From assembly GCF_006345805.1 (NCBI RefSeq), contig NC_042997.1, positions 164,672,001 through 164,736,000 on the forward strand: 64,000 nt of DNA, in the 5' to 3' direction. The DNA comes from Octopus sinensis. Its lineage: Eukaryota. Below the pieces are notes generated by a model that had not been told where the DNA came from, searched no databases, and was given only the letters and a program-made list of their open reading frames with translations. The translations under genes and the position numbers were made by a program. Positions 24,531 to 38,298 of the stretch are shown piece by piece (position 1 is the first letter of the stretch; every line of letters starts with the position of its first letter).

Positions 24531-24920
24531 TAAGGCGGCGAGCTGGCAGAAATGTTAGCACGCCGGACGAAATGCGTAGCCGTATTTCGTCTGCCGCTAC
24601 GTTCTGAGTTCAAATTTCGCCGAGGTCGACTTTGCCTTTCATCCTTTCGGAGTCGATTAAATAAGTACCAGTTACGCACTGGGTCGATATAATCGACTTA
24701 ATCCGTTTGTCTGTCTCTGTTTGTCTTCTCTGTGTTTAGTCCCTTGAGGGTAGTAAAGCAATAGGTATTTTGTCTGTCTTAACGTTCTGAGTTCAAATTC
24801 TGCCGAGACCAACTTTGCTTTTCATTCTTTCGGGGTCGATGAATTAAGTACCAGTTGCGTACTGGGGTTGATCTAATCAACTGCCCCACCCCCAAATTTT
24901 GGGCCTCGTGCCTATAGTAG
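24531..24920 (+). mobile_element. SINE family A dimer
   Basis: A full copy followed by a 5'-truncated copy starting at gtattttgtctg (about 24764). Confidence 0.85.
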
Positions 24921-24989
24921 AAAAGAATATTTATTTAAGAGTAGAAACATATTTAATACTGTAAATAATATTTTATAATTTCTCTCTCA

Positions 24990-26100
24990 GTTATTTGAAA
25001 GTTTTTGAATGCCTAATCTGAAAACGCCTTGCGTTTTGAATTAAAGCATACATTTAAATCATTTTTTACTTCTTCCCTGTCGGTCACATATTCCTGTTTG
25101 GACTACTTTGCAAAGATCTGAATAAGTGAATGTCTGATGGAGCAAGATCTGGAGAACATGAAGGGTGTAACACAGTTATTGGTAAACTGCGGTCTGCAGG
25201 ACTTTCTGAACGAGAATATTCCTAGAATGGTTTTGGGTAGTGCAGCCTGCCTGATGATGAACCATATCTCACACGGCCCGCTTCTCGAAAGAGCTTATCC
25301 ATTCCTGGTGTGGCATTTTCCTTTCATCCTAACAATTCCGGAATACCTTTAGTGAATTATGTGACGTCAAATATTATTATCATAAAAAGAACTCACTGTG
25401 ATTTATTAATGCAGGACGATTTTCTAACCAAAGCAATCTTCAGACAATGAAATTGCTGACAGTAGACTTCAGAAGTGATTGTTTGATTCGGTCCTAAAAG
25501 GTTATAATGAATAATACCGTCCATATCTTGCCAAACATACAAGAAATTGATTTGAGGACCAAGACCCTCTAGTGGAGGTAGTAAAGATTTTTGATTTGGG
25601 CTTATCTACTGTCTACAGTGTTTAATATTGATGTAAAGAATTCACTGCTCACCTTCAGTCACAATCCAATTTGCAAAATAGCACTTGAAGGTTATGTGTA
25701 TGAGGGGATATACGGAAGTCAAACCATTGTTGTTAATTTGCTGCTAAAAGCGCATTGAGGAACCAATTTTCTTTATTTTGAAATTTCCCTAGCTTCATTT
25801 AATCATGAATGTTCACAATGCTTACATTAAATTCAATGGAAAGGTCTCTTACTATTACTTCAGGATTCCTTATAAATGTTGTCTCTAACATTTCGTCATC
25901 CAATTCGGCAGGACATCCTGACCTATTCTCATCAAGCAAACTGAAATTGTCACGTCTGAATTTTTCAAATCGCCTTCTGCAAGTTCTTTCATTCACTGCA
26001 TCTTGACGATAAGCATTTTGAATATTTTTGGTTGCTTCGCTTTCATTATAACTTAGATGATACGCTTAAAACATGGTGTGACAAGTATGCTCTTTGGTTG
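24990..26100 (-). pseudogene. Degenerate mariner (DD34D) transposase; boundaries approx.
   Basis: Minus strand HTH region ERTCRRRFEKFR...SLLDENRSGCPAELDDE, then WVPQ, IVTxGEQ*ILYINIK and HPSCSPDLAPSDIHLFRSLQ in the correct order. Confidence 0.8.
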
Positions 26101-26288
26101 GTTCCATGTTGTGTTGTTCATGAGAAAATTAATATACAATATGTAATTAAGGCGGTGCTCCAGTATGGCCGCAGTCAAAATTACTGAATCAAGTAAAAGT
26201 AAAAGAAATGCTAACATTTGCTTTAAAGGAACTCTTCATGAAATGACTGTGCACCTACGAATGCTACCGATATTTATTGCTTAACCCT

Positions 26289-26626
26289 GTGAAGGCGTAT
26301 GGCTCAGTGGTTAGAGCGTCGAGCTTAGGATCATGAGGTTGTGAGCTCGAACCCCGGACCAGGCTGCGTGTTGTGTTCTTGAGAAAGACACATTATTTCA
26401 CGTTGCTCCAGTTCACTCAGCTGTAGAAATGAGTTGCGACGTCACAGGTGCCAAGCTGTATGGGCCGTTGCCTTTCCCTTGGATTACACTGATGGCGTGG
26501 AGAGGGGAGGCCAGTAGGCATTTGCGACTGCTGGTCTTCCATAAACAACCTTGCCCGGACTTGTGCCTGGGAGGGTAACTTTCTAGGTGCAATCCCATGG
26601 TCTGTGTCGTGACCGAAGGGGGTCTT
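26289..26626 (+). mobile_element. SINE family C, full length
   Basis: gtgaaggcgtatggctcagtggttagagcgtcgagc...gaccgaagggggtctt. Confidence 0.88.
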
Positions 26627-27507
26627 AGAACCCTGCTCTCCGCAAAAAAAAAGAGCAGGTCCCAATGTTTCAACAAGTTTAAATTCGTAATCAGACAAGA
26701 ATTTCGTTGCAGCCTGATTCATTTTAAGTTCAAATCTTGGTTGATTTTTCTTTTATCCTTCTAGGGTCAATAAACTAATTACTGAGGTCAATATAATCGA
26801 AGATATACCCTCACCACGAATTTATGGATAGATTGCGTGTCAGACACACCTACAAATAGATAGATAGATTCATGTCCAACTATGACGATCCACTTTTTTT
26901 TAATGAAGCTAGGGGTGACCTACATCGACGACAAATTATGAAGTGAAAGTAGTGAAGCTGGATAAGTCTTTATGATGTAGTGGTGGAGAGAGAGATATTT
27001 GATGGCATGTGAAAGTTGAAATTCGGCTCCTCCTTCCCCTCTTTCTCTGTTTTAGTCAGTTTCAATGTGTCAGGTCCCCCTGCTCCTCATGCCATACGAA
27101 CCTACGCAAACTTACGAAGTTCCTCGCAATCAATAAGCCATCAAACCAACCAACCAACCAGCCAACCAATAAATAAATAGATAACTAAATAAATCAGTTA
27201 ATCAACCAATCAGTCTGTCTGTCTGTCTGTACATACTTTCTTCAGGCAAAGAAAGTGACTGCCGAACTTGCACTTGGCAAATTTCTTGGCTAGTCTGCTC
27301 TGAAAGCGAAACAGTAGAATTACGCAAGAGTTTTCTAACACGTAACTCTTAGAGTTTTAGTTTTCCAAATACCGACTATGGAGCTTCGTTTCTTTGTAAG
27401 AGTCATGTTCCTTTCTTGTTGGAAGAAATCAAATAATCAAACAGTCAAATGGGCGCAGGCTACCTCCTCAGTGGAAGATTTATAATAATGAAAAAAATAG
27501 AAAAGAT

Positions 27508-27512
27508 ATGCA

Positions 27513-27546
<34 letters not shown>

Positions 27547-27590
27547 CATAATACATACATACACGCATGCATACATACATACATACATAC

Positions 27591-27621
<31 letters not shown>

Positions 27622-27715
27622 CATACATACTTATATACATACATACATACATACATACATACATACATACATACATACATACATACATACATACATACAT
27701 ACGTACATACATAAG
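27508..27715. repeat. (TACA)n microsatellite
   Basis: Directly visible. Confidence 0.95.
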
Positions 27716-27886
27716 TGCGTACATAAATACAAACACGCCAAACCGTATTCCGTACTTCATTCAGGCTTTTCTTTCCTTTCGTTAAATCTGATGATTGTTC
27801 TATCACAAACTATATGCTATAGACAAGAAAGTGAAAGAAGGTCTACAACGACTAAAACTCAATAATTAATATCTTACTCTACTCCA

Positions 27887-28100
27887 AGGCAGTGAGCTAG
27901 CAGAATCGTTAGCACGCCAGGTAAAATGATTAGCGGCATTTCGTCCGTCTTTACGTTCTGATTTTAAATCCCGCCGAGGTCGACTTTGACTTTCATCGTT
28001 TCAAGGTCGATAAAATAAGTACCAGTTGATCACCGAGATCGATGTAATCAACTTATCCCCTTCCCCCAAATTGTTGGCCTTGTGTCAAAAATTGGAACCA
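27887..28100 (+). mobile_element. SINE family A variant with the alternative ccccttcccccaaattgttggccttgtg tail
   Basis: Head aaggcagtgagctagcagaatcgttagc. Confidence 0.8.
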
Positions 28101-28914
28101 GCATTTTGAGCTAATCTGTAGACTGAATACTACGTAAAGGTGATGAGTTGGCAGATTTGTTAAAGCGTCGGATAGAATGTTTTGTGGTATTCAGCCTGGT
28201 TTCCTGCGCACAGAGTTCAAATCCTTCCGAGGCCAAGTTTTCCTTTCTTCCTTTTAGGGTTGATGAATAACGTAATTAGCTAAGTGCTACAGTTGTTACC
28301 CACTCCTCTCTCTCTCTCCTCCCCATCCCGCTCTCGAAATCGGTTGCGTCCAAAGGACCCGAAAAGGAATATTCACATCGCGGCCCCATTGACCCTTTTA
28401 CCACCATTCTGTGGGATCGATAAGAAAGAAGGATTTTCATCTTGATAGCTCTTGCAGCGTAAAAACCTCTGTGTGTGTGTGAGTGTGTGTGTGTGCGCCT
28501 GCGCTCTCTTGTGCGCTTGCTTATATGTCTTCGTAGATAGATAAATAGGTATTGTAGTTAAGCTAGAAATCAATAGTTATGTAAAAAACAAAAACAAACC
28601 CAAATCAACAACAGCAGCAACATCAAAAATAAACGTCATTAATCAATCAATGAAAGCCATGTCACACAAGAAAATATTGTTATGTAAATAAACGAGCAGA
28701 AATATAAGTACAATAATGAGGTAAGAATGCTTCAGTGAAGATGGCTTGAGTAGTCGCTTAGTAGACGCCCAAGAGAGGCTTGTTGGTCGATATAGAGAGC
28801 ACAACAGTGACCACTGAAAACGGATATACACAAGCGCGTGTGTAATCATTTGTCCACTGAATTGACTGTTCCTAACCAGCGTGGAGCACAAATATAGAAT
28901 CTTTTCTACCCTAG

Positions 28915-29477
28915 ACACAAGGCCCGAAACTTTTGGGAAGAGAGCCAGTCGATTAGATCGACCACAGTACACAACTGGTACTTAATTCATCGACCCCGAA
29001 AGGATGAAAGGCAAATCGACCTCGGCGGAATTTGAACTCAGAACGTAAAGACAAACGAAATACCTATTTATTTACTATCCATAAGGGGTTAAACACAGAA
29101 GGGACAAACAAGGATAGACAAACGGATCAAGTCGATTACATCGACCCCAGTGCGTAACTGGTACTTAATTTATCGAGCCCGAAAGGATGAAAGGCAAAGT
29201 CGACCTCGGCGGAATTTGAACTCAGAACGTAACGGCAGACGAAATACCTATTTCTTTACTACCCACAAGGGGCTAAACACAGAGGGGTCAAACAAGGACA
29301 GACAAACGGATTAAGTCGATTATATCGACCACAGTGCGTAACTGGTACTTAATTTATCGATATCGAAAGGATGAAAGGCAAAGTCGACCTCGGCGGAATT
29401 TGAAATCAAAACGTAGCGGCAGACGAAATACCAGCATTTCGCCCAGCGTGCTAACGTTTCTGCCAGCTCGCTGCCTT
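28915..29477 (-). mobile_element. SINE family A trimer
   Basis: One headed copy (ends 29477) followed by two truncated units joined at gaaatacctattt. Confidence 0.85.
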
Positions 29478-30814
29478 AGTACAAAAATAGAATGAGAGAC
29501 ACAGGTTATACTTGGTTGTAGATTTTTGTAGCTTAGTCACAGAAGCGAGGACAGTGTTGATATTTTGTTGGAAGATGGGATTCACACTCTCGTGTGGATC
29601 CATTTTCCACTTTTAGTAATCGACGACTTAGTCAACTTGGAAGAAACATCTTACCTCAACGTTTGTACTTATATTGCAGCAGATTTATTTATATAGACAT
29701 TGACCTACTCCGAATGTTTGCAGCAGAATGGACATCACTGAAAGCATATGAGGCCAAGCGGTGGAGTTAAACGGAGCAACGGTTTAAGTCTTATGCTAAG
29801 TGGTAGACTTAAATTTTACTTCTCAAATCGTTGCTTACAATGCCCTACATCAGTGTACGCTGAAAATCTAAGTAGTTAATTCTCTATCAGTCACGGGCAA
29901 ACTACAACCTGCGGGACTTTCTGAATGCCAACGAAAAATTACCTTGGAGCTTTTTAATAGTGCAGCCTGCTTCTCGAAAATCCTTGGCCGTACTTGTATA
30001 TGAACAAACTGACATGAAAAAGATATTCGATAATAGTGATTCTGAACTTTTTTTGCCCGGTGTGTAGAGATTTTAATTTCTAATTTCTTTACTAACCATG
30101 TATTGCCTACAGCTATATTAATTTTATGTAAATACTTTATTTATTGCTGGAAGATATTTTTTTCGAAGTTATCGACAGCGATAAATTCGCCATAAATGTT
30201 CTCTAGTGTGAGGATAGCAACAGTTATTAACTGAATCTGTGGCGCAACTGAAAAGGTAACTGTTAACGGTTTAGATTTTCTCTTACGGCCGTTTTTATTG
30301 TCTGTTGTTTAAAGTTAACTCTACGTCAGCAGACTTATAATCGAAGACATTTGAGAGGTCATTTGAGCGGTTTTTCTTCAGAGATAAGAGTGTCTTGGAT
30401 TACATTATCCAGTGTGTTCTTACTAGATGTTTCGCAGCGGGTCAGCCTTGATCGAGCAGAACTTAAATTTAAAGGTTCCAGACGTGATCACTACGTCTTT
30501 TATTCGGATATAGTATATCTAGGACTGCATGAGCCTATAAGAAAGTAAGGTGTGATTTTAAAGAGATATAGTTGCTATGTCCAGATTGAACGTCCAATTA
30601 CAGGCTCTTTCTTAGGCTCGAAATGACTAGTTGAGCAGGGGATGTTTGAAGTCATGTTCACTTTATTCACATTGTCTATTTAGTCCATTGGTCCCAAACC
30701 CTTTTCTCACAGAACCCAAGGCAGGATTTTATTAACTAACAACAGATTTTTTCAGTTCTTCATTGAAAAATCTCACTCAGTAAATGCGTAATTATGCATA
30801 TGTGTGGCTATGTG

Positions 30815-31215
30815 GTAAGAAGCTTGCTTTCCCAACCACATGGTTCCGGGTCCAGTCCCACTGCGTGGCACCTTGAGCAAGTGTCTTCTACTATAGCCTC
30901 GGGCCAACCAAAGCCTTGTGAGTGGATTTGATCGACGGAAACTGGAAGAAGCCCGTATAAACCTATGTGTGTGTGCGCGCACGCGTGTGCGTGTGTGTGT
31001 GTGTGTGTGTTTGTTCTCCCATCACCGCTTGACAACCGGTGTTGTTGTGCTTACGTCCTCGTAACTTAGGTTCGGTAAAACAAACCGATAGAATAAGTAC
31101 TAGGCCCAAGAAATAAGTCCTAAGAAGTAAGTCCTATAGTCGATTTGTTCCACTAAAATCCTTCAAGGCCGTGCTCCAGTATGGCTGCAGTCAAATGACT
31201 GAAACAAGTATAAGA
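30815..31215 (+). mobile_element. SINE family B copy
   Basis: gtggctatgtggtaagaagcttgc...gcagtcaaatgactgaaacaagta. Confidence 0.85.
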
Positions 31216-31690
31216 ATAAAAGAAAACATTTTACACAGCTGAAGCCTTTCAATATTTCGAAGAATTTTTCTGCGCCGGTAAATGTGCTCACCGGCATTTC
31301 TTCCAGCTTTACTTTCTGAGTTCAGTTCCTGTGAACAGATGTCATGAACTGCTACTGTTGACTGTTAAGAAAATAGAGGGAGCACTATATATTTGATGAA
31401 TGATTTCTATGGCAGTTGTGATGAGTTAACAATTATTTTGTGGAAACAACTTATGAGTCTCTACATGTTAACTCGACCTGCTAGAAATAGCACCAAATCC
31501 CTTTTATATCAAACTCTACATCTATAATTGTGAGAGATGGAATGTATGTATGTATGTATGTATGTATGTATGTATGTATGTATGTATGTATGTATGTATG
31601 TATGTATGTATGTGTTAGCGCATGTCTTGTGTGTATGTGTGGGTCTCTAAACGAATGAAGAAAACACTCCTCACGTAATATGGAAGCTAT

Positions 31691-31721
<31 letters not shown>

Positions 31722-32067
31722 TATATATATACAAATTGAGATAGGGGTTGTAAATGCAACCCTCCATGGGATAACATATATCCAATATACTGCTAGTGAA
31801 GTACCCAACAAAGTTAATACATAAATGTTAAGGATTGCGATGCAATCAATTCATTTACTGTATTATATGGGCAAAGGTAAAATGATTTACCACAAATTAC
31901 TAATACAAGATAAGAACATGGAGAGTACACTTTTTTATGTACATTCCTTTATGTACATTGATTTGTTCTGCTTACATTCTCTTATGTGGTGGTTTAATAA
32001 AGTATGTGATTGAGTATTATCTGGTAATTGATATTTGATTTAGATGTATTTCTCCATTTTCTTATCT

Positions 32068-32142
<75 letters not shown>

Positions 32143-33698
32143 TCCCTTCTAGATTTAAGTATTTGAAATCTTCCGTAAAGAAGGAACTAGTTTTTAACAA
32201 AAATACAAACCTCCATCGTTGGAATGTAGGTAACAAAAACAAATTCACATTTTGAATTTGAGAAAAATCTTGCATGTTTTTCTGTTCCGCTTACAGATTG
32301 CATCTGTAATGAACAAGTTAGATGGTTGGTTTCTTTTTCTGAAAAATCCCAGCTTATCCAGATTGTCGCTTAGGCAAATTGCTCAGAAAAACCAAGTGCA
32401 CCAATTATTATCGGTATAAATGGGAATCTATAATCTGGATATGAAGCTGAAGGCTTCATATCCAGTTGTCCGTTGTTATCCTCTTTCCTTTTGATATTCG
32501 AAGAGATGTGTATACATGTATATATATATATGTAGGTACAAATATGTATAAGGGCGTGCGCGCGTGTATATATATATATATATATAGGAGAAGGAGAAGG
32601 AGAAGGAGAGCAAAGGAACTTAGATACAAGTGGGAGGTAGAGTGAAAGAAGAGGGTGATAAAGAGTGGTGGGTGAGAGTCACAGAAATAGAGAAACTGGT
32701 GGGCAGGATAAGAAAAAATACAGAAGAGAGAATGCTAAAGAATACAGGGAAAGTATTGGTTACTTTTGTAATCTTGACTACTTTCCTTATCTGCTAGAAA
32801 GTGGTTATGAGAAGCAGTGAGGAGTTGGGAGAGGGAGAGAGAGAAAGAGAGGGAAAGAGAGAGAAAGAGAGAGAGAGAGAGAGAGTGAGAGACGAAAGGT
32901 GGGGGAGAATGTAAAAGTATAAAAGGAGTGGGCAGAGCGATTGATGTAGAAAATAAGAGAACTGGAGTAGGATGAAAAAAAAAAAATAAAGATGCAAGGT
33001 TATGACAAACTAATTAGGAAAGAGATGAACAATGATAGGAAGGGAAGGGCTAATTATAGAAAACGAGAGATGTTTAATGATAACATGTTTAATGCAGGGA
33101 AACATTAAAAAATTAACTGGAAATAATTATGCGACGATGAAAGAGAAATGCATTTCAATCAATGACTTAGTATTATAGTAATTTTTCAGGCAAATACGGG
33201 AGATAACTCCGGTCAGTTTTCGGTGCATAGCTTATTTGTCGAAGTCGTGATGCTAACACTAAGTAAATGAATTCTTTCTAATATACTTATAAGGCCTACA
33301 ATTTGGGGGATGTGCTATTTTGTTTTATTGGCCTCAAAAGTAAGCAAAGTCAACCTCGTTATCGTTTGAACTCAGAACGTAAAACCTGAAGAAAAGACCG
33401 CTAAGCATTTTGTTTAATGCGCTAACGATTCTGCCAGCTTGCCCTCTTAATATCTAGTAAACAAATATATTAGAAATAACAACCAAATATCTCCCAATCA
33501 CACGCTGTTGACTTTAAAGGAGAAGGAAGAATTATTAGACAAGGTTGTCTGAGATAAACCATAACTGAAAAGACGGGAAGGTCACGGTTAGAGTAGTTTT
33601 GATCATAGGTTTGTTTGCTCGATGTGTGCAATACTTTTCTGGCCCTAAGCGTCGGGAAGACACTCAGCAAGAAATGGAAACAATATTGAAATTAAATA

Positions 33699-33726
<28 letters not shown>

Positions 33727-33729
<3 letters not shown>

Positions 33730-34010
33730 GTTGTTGTTGGCATCCTTTTGTCTCGGGAGACAATGGAGTTGCGCATAAACTAATCCAGTCTGGTTTTTAC
33801 ATTTCGTGTCCTCTCCAGTTTTGCGCAGGCCTGGGCTAGATGTAAGAAAATCCTGAGTAGTCCAATTGTCAGGATTTTTCTCTTGACCTTGCTGATGTAG
33901 TCCAAAGGAGTGCAGAGCATTACGTTAGGCACCAGCTTGGCTGCAGGAGCTACCGGAAGAGTGTCGAGTTGAACACTAAACAGCCTACAGGCTCATTCTG
34001 CATTACTTTG
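33727..34010 (-). mobile_element. Short RTE-derived non-autonomous element with (AAC)n tail (approx.)
   Basis: The minus strand ends gcgcaactccattgtctcccgagacaaaaggatgcc-aacaacaac and has the internal hairpin aaaatcctga/tcaggatttt. RTE assignment is from recall. Confidence 0.45.
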
Positions 34011-34189
34011 AAGGTTGTCTCCTTTCCGTAACCCTGGATAGGGGCCCATACCGGGTACTGTCAGCTGGAGCCAGCTGAGCCCGGGACTCGTGACTACTAC
34101 TACTACTACTACTACGACCCGGGGTACTAAGGATTCTGCCAACTGGTCGCAATACTAATACTAATAATAATGGTTTCAAATTTTGGCTC

Positions 34190-35294
34190 AAGGCCAGCAA
34201 TTTCGGGAAAGGGGTAAGTCGATTACATCGACTCCAATATTCAGCTGGTAATTATTTTATCGACGCCCCAGAAGGATGAAAGGCAAAGTCGACCTATGCG
34301 CAATTTGAACTCAGAACGTAAAGATGAATGAAATGCCGCTAAGCATTTTGTCCGGCATGCTAACGATTTTTGCCAACTCGCCAGCTTACTACTCCTGTCT
34401 CCCCACTACTACTACTACTACTACTACTACCACAACTACTGCTGCTGCTGTTGTTGTTGTTAAGCAACAAGACGGGTAAGGGTGATTAGGTGATGGTCTA
34501 GGGCTTAGGGGCGGAAGACCCCAGACCTTGGAAAAAAAAACTTTGGTCGTCTTGTTGTAGTCGAGGGCTCTTCGTTGACGCCTGAAACCACTGGGAGGTG
34601 GCTCTCGAAGACGCTGGAAATGGAGATCTCCAGGTCCAAACTTTTGAACGGCTGCTGCTGCAGCTGCTACTGGTTTTACATATTAGCACAAGGCCAGCAA
34701 GTTCGGAGGAGGGGGTAAAGTTGATTAAATCGATCCCAATGCTCAACTGTTATTTATTTTATCAATCCCAAAAGGATGTAAAGCCAATTCGATCTCGGTG
34801 GAATTTGAAAACAGAATGTAAAAACAGACGAAATGCAATTTGCCCGGCGCGCCAACGATTCTGAAAGCTCCCCGCAGTTAAATAGTAATAATAATAATAA
34901 TAATGATGAACTCTCCTGTCGAAGACGACGAATGAACATTCAGCTTTTGAGGAACGTCCTGCACAAATAATTTGTTTATGGTGATCAAATGTATGTGCTG
35001 TACATTGGCTCACTCCCTCCATCAAATCGACGTTGTCTGAACAGTTGCACGGTGTACCACACATTAGGTGTCAAAGTGATCACAGAGCAGCGTGAGAGGG
35101 AGTGGTGTTTTGCTCAATACAGCCAGGTCTAGGAACTGAAACCACGATCTCGCGATCGTGAGTGCAACAAGCTAACAACCAGGCCACGCGGATTTCAAAT
35201 TATTGGCACAAGGCCAGCAGTTTCGGGGAGTGGGTGGATAAGTCGATTATATCGATCCAGTATTCAACTGGTACTTATTTAATAATAACAATAA

Positions 35295-35332
<38 letters not shown>

Positions 35333-35335
35333 ATG

Positions 35336-35373
<38 letters not shown>

Positions 35374-36105
35374 TATTATTATTATTCTTTCTACTGGAAG
35401 CACAAGGCCCGAAATTAGGGGGTACGGATCATGTTGAGTACATCGACTCCAGTGCGTAACTGGTATTTATTTAGTCGATCCCGAAAGGATGAAAGGCAAA
35501 GTTGGTCTCGGCGGAATTTGAACTCAGAAGATAAAGACAGACGAAATACCGCTAAACATTTCGTCCGGCATGCTACCGATTCTGCTTCCTCACCGCCTTA
35601 ATAATAATAATTATCCTTTCAATCATAGGCACAAGGCCTAGAATTTTGGGGGGAGGGCGTTAAGTCAATTACATCAACCCCAGCACTCAACTGGCACTTA
35701 ATTTATCGACTCCGAAAGGATGAAAGGCAAATTGGCCTCAGCAGAATTTGAACTCAGAACGTAGCGACAGACGAAATACCTATTTCTATTTCTTTACTAC
35801 CCACAAGGGGCTAAACACAGAGAAGACAAACAAGGACAGACAAACGGATTAAGTCGATTATATCGACCCCAGTGCTTAACTGGTACTTATTTAATCGACC
35901 CCGAAAGGATGAAAGGCAAAGTCGACCTCGGCGGAATTTGAACTCAGATCGTAGCGGCAGACGAAATACCTATTTCTTTACCACCCACAAGGGGCTAAAC
36001 ACAAAAGGGACAAACAAGGACAGACAAACGGATTAAGTCGATTACATCGACCCCAGTGCGTAACTGGTACTTAATTTATCGACCCCGAAAGGATGAAAGA
36101 CAAAG
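34190..36105 (-). mobile_element. Dense cluster of SINE family A copies and multimers separated by (ACT)n/(AAT)n repeats
   Basis: At least six gaatttgaactcagaac bodies, all on the minus strand. Confidence 0.85.
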
Positions 36106-37051
36106 TGTGTGTGTGTGTATGTATGTGAGAGTGTCTTTGCGTCTGTGTTTTTCTACCATCACCACTTGACAACCGGTGTTGGTGTGCTTACGTCCCTGTA
36201 ACTTAGCGGTTCGGCAAAAGAGACCGACAGAATAAGTACCAAGCTTTAAAAAATAAGTGTTTAGGTCGATTCATTTGACTAAAGCTTCTCAAGGCAGTGC
36301 TCCAGCATGGCTGCAGTCAAATAAGTAAAAGAATAAAAGAATGTGTGTGTGTGTGTGTGTGTGTGTGTGTTGTGTATGTCTGTCCCCGCCCCGTCGCTTG
36401 ACAACGGGTGTTGGCTTGTTTACGCCCTCGTAACTTAGCGGTTTTCTCGCGTAGAAATTGACTGTGCCGCGGAAGGGAGCATGGTTGAATATTTTGCAAT
36501 AGAAGCTGCAGAATGAAGTATGGAAGTGGGTGACCATTCAGCAGACAATAGAAATGGTAATTATGTTATTGGGGAATAATCTTTCCATCAAGGGGGACTG
36601 ACGAGGCGGACATTACAAAGGAAAGTTATTTATAAGAAAAATATGGGTGTGGTCAAATAGAATCTGAATGAGATGGATGAAAGACACATACACATTTTGT
36701 AATGTCTTTTCTGAAAACATCACAAAATAAAGCAAGGCGGCGAGCTGGCAGAATCGCTAGTATGCCGGGCAAAATGTTTAGTCTGTTGCTACGTTCTGAG
36801 TTCAAATTCCACCGATGTCGACTTCGCTTTTCATCCTTTCGGGGTCGTTACAATAAGTACCAGTTGTGCCCTGAGGTCGATGTAGTCAACTTACCCCTTA
36901 CCCGAAATTGCTAGCCTTCAGCCAAAATTTGAAGCCAATATTACAAAATACAAAATAAGGCAATGTTTCAAGAAGAGGAATCGCCAACCATGACCCTACC
37001 GAGGAACGTCGCAGATCCAGGTTTACTCAGACAATCAATGATATTTAACTT

Positions 37052-37475
37052 GGATCTTTTCGGTTTGAACGGCAGTTTTTTCTAGCGGTGTCATAGGAAA
37101 TTGTCACCATAATTATGACCCTAGAATCGATCTATTGCATTTCAATCTGTTTTAGGGTTAGGGTTAGTTAGGGTTAGGGGTGGGGGAAGGGTATCTTTTT
37201 TTCTTCACAAATGTAAATAAACCCAATCTGTTTCTTAAACGAGGGACATATTCATACGGCACAGAATGTTTTTTTTACCTCAATAGACGTAATTGATTGG
37301 TTGAAATTGCAGAAATTGAAGAAAAACAACAAATATCTTACAAACTATAGCATTTTCTCAATAAAGCAAAGAGAAAAAGATGTTTTATAAACACATTCTG
37401 CCAGTATACGAAGTTTAAAATTTTTTAGTTACCTAGAAATTATGTTAAAAACTGCCGTTCAAACCGAAAAGATCT
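37052..37475. mobile_element. Merlin-like MITE, copy 2
   Basis: TIR ggatcttttcggtttgaacggcagttttt / aaaaactgccgttcaaaccgaaaagatct; perfect 8-bp TSD tttaactt (37044-37051 and 37476-37483). Confidence 0.85.
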
Positions 37476-38069
37476 TTTAACTTTAACAAACCAACAGAAA
37501 TTAGGGTGGTGGGCTTACTCATTTATATATACCACGTCCTTTTCCCGAATTTATTTTTTATACGAATGAGTGGAGGAACCTCAACGTGGTTGCTCGATCT
37601 GCTATTAATAGCAACTGAATGCCCATTAAATCACACCTTAATATTTTAAAAAAGAACAAGTTGAACAATGCAATCCTGAATACATTAAGTTTTAAAATAA
37701 GGTGTGATAGTTACGATAGGGATACAATGGATAATGTCTGCTTGATATGAGCTACCCTATGAATTTGAATGTTGAGCGTTGAAGCAAACGTTTTGAAAAT
37801 TTTAGTGTTGTTCCACTGAAAATTTCGGTGTTGTTCCCTAACACCGTTTCTTAAGAATGATAAAAAAAAAAAAAAATCTCAAGTCGTTTATTTAACTGGG
37901 TTGATGAGAATAAGTACCAGGAATTCAATGAAGTCAATATTCTCTTTATTCCATATTTCATCAGCGCTGACCAAGACAAGGAGTAAAAAAAAAAAGGCAA
38001 CAAAAGCAGCAGGTATGTTTCTGTATGTGTTCCAGCCCAAAGGCTGTGGTCATGCTAGAGCACCGACAT

Positions 38070-38139
<70 letters not shown>

Positions 38140-38149
38140 ATATATATAC

Positions 38150-38224
<75 letters not shown>

Positions 38225-38235
38225 CTGATATCTAA

Positions 38236-38298
<63 letters not shown>

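Noticed and set aside
26289-26365. tRNA-like sequences (also at 8760-8829, 12595-12666 and the family A and B heads)
   Set aside because: They are SINE heads continuing into SINE bodies, with no complete acceptor stem.
36598-36625. CTGACGA...GAAA spacing
   Set aside because: No stem II or III; the region looks like a weak CR1 relic on the other strand.
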